This document shows, one piece after another, positions 62,175 through 64,000 of a stretch of 64,000 nt of DNA; within the stretch, counting starts at the first letter, position 1, and each line of letters begins with the position of its first letter. Position numbers and translations under genes: made by a program. Source of the DNA: Parcubacteria group bacterium. GTDB taxonomy: Bacteria; Patescibacteriota; Patescibacteriia; UBA1558; GWA2-36-10. The stretch spans positions 6,835 through 70,834 of the forward strand of contig PQAE01000004.1 of NCBI GenBank assembly GCA_003104935.1, given 5' to 3'. The notes under the pieces were generated by a model, which was not told the origin of the DNA, searched no databases, and saw only the letters and a program-made list of their open reading frames with translations.

Positions 62175-63315
62175 GGTTTAATTTTTCCCGGACAATCTTG
62201 ATACAGCGCAGAGCCAGGTTTTGGTATTGAAATTTATCCAAGGCATGGACAGCGGCTTGCTGTCCGATTTTATTTCGCAGATTATCGTCGGTCAGCAGAT
62301 CCAGGGTGTATTTGGCCAGCTCATCGGTATCGGCCCGATAAGCCAGAGTTTTGTGCTTATCAAATTTCATCTTAAAGGGCTGGTCAAAACCCATTTCTTT
62401 ACTGACCCACTCTTCTTCCAGATCGACGGTGGAGGCGACCTTGGCTAAAAATCCGGTCTGGCCGTGGATGATAGTATCGCGGGGGCCCATAGCGTCGATG
62501 GAGATCACCGGCTTGCCGCAGGCCATGGCTTCCATCTGGATCATGCCAAAACCTTCGATGCGACTGGGGGCGGCATAGATATCGCAGGCATTGAGCAGAT
62601 AGGGCATGAAGTCATGGTGGAAGTAGTCTTCGATATAAATAATTTTTTTAGGGTCCAGGCCCAGCTCGCTGATCAGCTGCATTTCCTCTTTGTGGTGGTT
62701 GCGGGCGCATTTGCTACCGCTGGCTTTACAAACATATTTATAATTAGGGTATTCTTTATCAATTTTAGCCAAGGCTTTGATCATTTCCTGAGCTCCTTTA
62801 GAGGTGACGTCGCCGCCGATAGTCAGTAGCATTTTTTCGTCCTCTTTGACACGGAGCATCTTGCGGACTTGGCGGATGCTGGCTGAGTCCCGGGGCATAG
62901 GCTTAAATAAACTGGCCTCATAACCGACATGTAAGACTTCGTAGTTTTTGACATCTATACCATCTCGTTTATAAGTGTCAATTACCCATTGGGAAGTGGT
63001 AAAAACCAGCGGTAGTTCACTGAGTATCTTATGATAGTTGGCCACCCAACCGTCCGCCAATAACCAGGGTATTGGCTGTAGCTTATAATCCATCGGACTA
63101 TAGATCAGGTCGGGTGTATCGGCCCACCAGCCGATGCCGATGACCGCATCCGGCTGAAATACTTTATAACACCACTCTTTTTCTTTTTTCTTGGCCTGGT
63201 AATGGCAGGCTAAAACATCGACGCCGTGTTCCAATAGTCCTTTGTGGAGCAGGTGTCCCTGGATGGACAGACTGCCGCCGTTGTTGGGGTATTCATAGAG
63301 CAAAAGGATTTTCAT
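62164..63315 (-). CDS. GT4 glycosyltransferase
   Basis: SKG; PSRIEGFGMIQMEAMACGKPV. Confidence 0.9.
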   Translation of the reverse strand: MKILLLYEYPNNGGSLSIQGHLLHKGLLEHGVDVLACHYQAKKKEKEWCYKVFQPDAVIGIGWWADTPDLIYSPMDYKLQPIPWLLADGWVANYHKILSELPLVFTTSQWVIDTYKRDGIDVKNYEVLHVGYEASLFKPMPRDSASIRQVRKMLRVKEDEKMLLTIGGDVTSKGAQEMIKALAKIDKEYPNYKYVCKASGSKCARNHHKEEMQLISELGLDPKKIIYIEDYFHHDFMPYLLNACDIYAAPSRIEGFGMIQMEAMACGKPVISIDAMGPRDTIIHGQTGFLAKVASTVDLEEEWVSKEMGFDQPFKMKFDKHKTLAYRADTDELAKYTLDLLTDDNLRNKIGQQAAVHALDKFQYQNLALRCIKIVREKLNLSN

Positions 63316-63323
63316 AGGTTTGT

Positions 63324-63917
63324 TTAATGATAAATTTTAAAAGTTTCCTTAGCTAAACAACTGATATTTTCAAATGATTTCGGGCTAAAGCCGTAAAGTT
63401 TTTTGATAATATTTTTTTTATTTTTTAATGCGCCAAGATTTATTTTGACGGTCCAATCAATGCTTCGGGGCGGGGGATTGATAATCCTTTTTTTATTATT
63501 CAGCCGGTAAGCGAAAAAAAATAGCTGATCACAGATTAATTTTTTGTTTTGCACCAATTTTTTTACCACGCGGTGCACGCCGCGATGCCTGGGGTGGCCG
63601 TATTCACCGTTTGCGCCATGAGTAAAAATATAATCAAATTTTTTTGTCGCAAATTGCTTTAAAATCCTTTTGGCAATCGGTGCTTGGCTGGCCCGGATAC
63701 TCATCAGGCCCTCGTCTTCCAGGTCGGACATGATGCCGCGGGCGCTGTAGTGTCGGCAGACTTTCCTAAATTTAGGAGCGCGATCAGCATCATCGGCGCG
63801 GCAGAGAGCAAAGATGGTCCAGCGGATGTTTTTGTAGCGGGCGATAGTGCCGCCCATCCAAATAGTCTCGTCATCGGGATGGGCGACGATGATCAGTCCG
63901 GAGCCGCTATTTTTCAT
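63324..63917 (-). CDS. PIG-L/LmbE-family deacetylase
   Basis: VAHPDDE; THGANGEYGHPRH. Confidence 0.88.
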   Translation of the reverse strand: MKNSGSGLIIVAHPDDETIWMGGTIARYKNIRWTIFALCRADDADRAPKFRKVCRHYSARGIMSDLEDEGLMSIRASQAPIAKRILKQFATKKFDYIFTHGANGEYGHPRHRGVHRVVKKLVQNKKLICDQLFFFAYRLNNKKRIINPPPRSIDWTVKINLGALKNKKNIIKKLYGFSPKSFENISCLAKETFKIYH

Positions 63918-64000
63918 AAGCGGCCGCACGGCGGGCGATTATTTTTTTAAAGCGGTCGATAATCACCGTTTCCTGGGCTTCGAGCCGGTATTGCTTGGCC
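63907..64000 (-). CDS. 3' end of a gene truncated by the window edge
   Basis: Open frame ...AKQYRLEAQETVIIDRFKKIIARRAAAYEK* overlapping the PIG-L start. Confidence 0.5.
   Translation of the reverse strand, partial: AKQYRLEAQETVIIDRFKKIIARRAAAYEK

Noticed and set aside
1-64000. Alternative genetic code (UGA=Gly) and the many antisense ORFs in the track
   Set aside because: Conserved genes are full length under code 11 and several end in TGA; the antisense ORFs shadow well-supported genes

Overview
Core-genome region of a small-genome bacterium. It is very likely Patescibacteria/CPR (inference from the gene set, DUF5671, cohesin/dockerin surface genes, mostly SD-less AT-rich leaders and many palindromic repeats) and uses the standard genetic code. 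Housekeeping genes include gyrA, ruvB, queH, queA, ychF, a UvrD/PcrA helicase, folD, glyA, murI, trpS, rnj, secG, uvrA, groES/groEL with a perfect CIRCE, ppsA, ogt, dnaG and rpoD. There are also five tRNAs and two glycosylation/glycoside clusters. Four observations stand out. (1) A surface locus at 43.8-50.9 kb where a secreted protein carries three tandem phage-fibre-like collar/HxH repeats fused to a domain resembling the adjacent small pilin-like protein, followed by chaperone-like, dockerin and cohesin genes. (2) An Elp3 gene and a Trm9-like methyltransferase gene head-to-head with overlapping start codons, suggesting a eukaryote/archaea-type mcm5U34 pathway. (3) An inverted-repeat element inserted at ATGAA start codons of uvrD, dnaG and trpS. 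(4) A promoter-led non-coding repeat array after queA, and tRNA-like relics around tRNA-Val. All calls come from reading sequence and motifs by eye; no database searches were run.
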